Notes under the pieces: model-generated
The model's input: only the letters and a program-made list of their open reading frames with translations
Database searches by the model: none
Told to the model about the DNA's origin: nothing
From: Lophium mytilinum
Lineage: Eukaryota
Reading direction: 5' to 3'
Assembly (NCBI GenBank): GCA_010093605.1
Contig: MU004183.1
Coordinates: 1,674,001 to 1,738,000 of the forward strand
DNA length: 64,000 nt
Program-made: the position numbers and the translations under genes
Shown: piece by piece, positions 63,545-64,000 of the stretch
Layout: each line of letters starts with the position of its first letter
Numbering within the stretch: position 1 is the stretch's first letter

Positions 63545-64000
63545 GTTGGCAAAAAGAATGTAATGTCTCGTAGAGACTATAGTGTAGAAAAGAAGGTGGG
63601 TAGAAAATAAGATCCTACGAGGAGGTGAGGGTAAGGAAAGGAGAGTTACACAGAAGAAATAGGTCTGAGTATATACGTATGAGTATGCACGACTACCTAG
63701 ATCTACTTACGCAACGCCAGGGTCTCATTTGGGCCAACACAGTAAGCATGGCGTCTCGCCAATTGTCAATTGACCAATCTGTTCCTTCGTGGGGTTCTCT
63801 AAAGACCTTGGCAGCTGAGGCGATGGACCACCAACGTAGCATCTCCCCATTGCGCCGGAAGGATTCGACAGTAGTAAGGTGCAGGGAGGCGCCTATATCA
63901 CCCTGAGGTACGGAGGTACATCTTGAAGAGATTATGCACAGACAGCTGCGGACACGCCCAGGCCTTCTCTGGGAAACCCCAACAACCTCGTAGCCGCCGG

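Overview
Gene-dense eukaryotic window from a filamentous ascomycete (Pezizomycotina). The evidence is short GT-AG introns with CTRAY branch points, a White collar-1 gene and a fungal NLR. The left two-thirds (1-41 kb) is mostly core genes: the 3' end of eIF3e, a conserved fungal hypothetical protein, a secreted Ser/Thr-rich protein, RPS20 head-to-head with a CUE3/ASCC2 homologue, an APH-like kinase, a THUMP/TAN1 protein, a mitochondrial carrier, a Ras-like GTPase, WC-1, mitoribosomal uS2m, a Cdc9-like DNA ligase and PHO84. The right third is more accessory: a 4-kb repeat-rich orphan island with an assembly gap, a SesA/HeLo-like-NB-ARC-TPR NLR, a WW protein, a P450, a disrupted OTT_1508-like deaminase, mL50, an F-box-like protein and a GH16 glucanase. 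The most notable feature outside the ORF track is a structurally intact U2 snRNA gene (minus strand, ~22.0-22.24 kb) interrupted about 9 nt from its 5' end by a 53-nt spliceosomal intron. Also notable are the RPS20/CUE3 divergent pair (a ubiquitinated substrate next to its reader), a ~182-bp palindrome-rich tandem array, and an orphan gene that has duplicated an exon together with its intron. Gene models were spliced by eye and no database searches were run.
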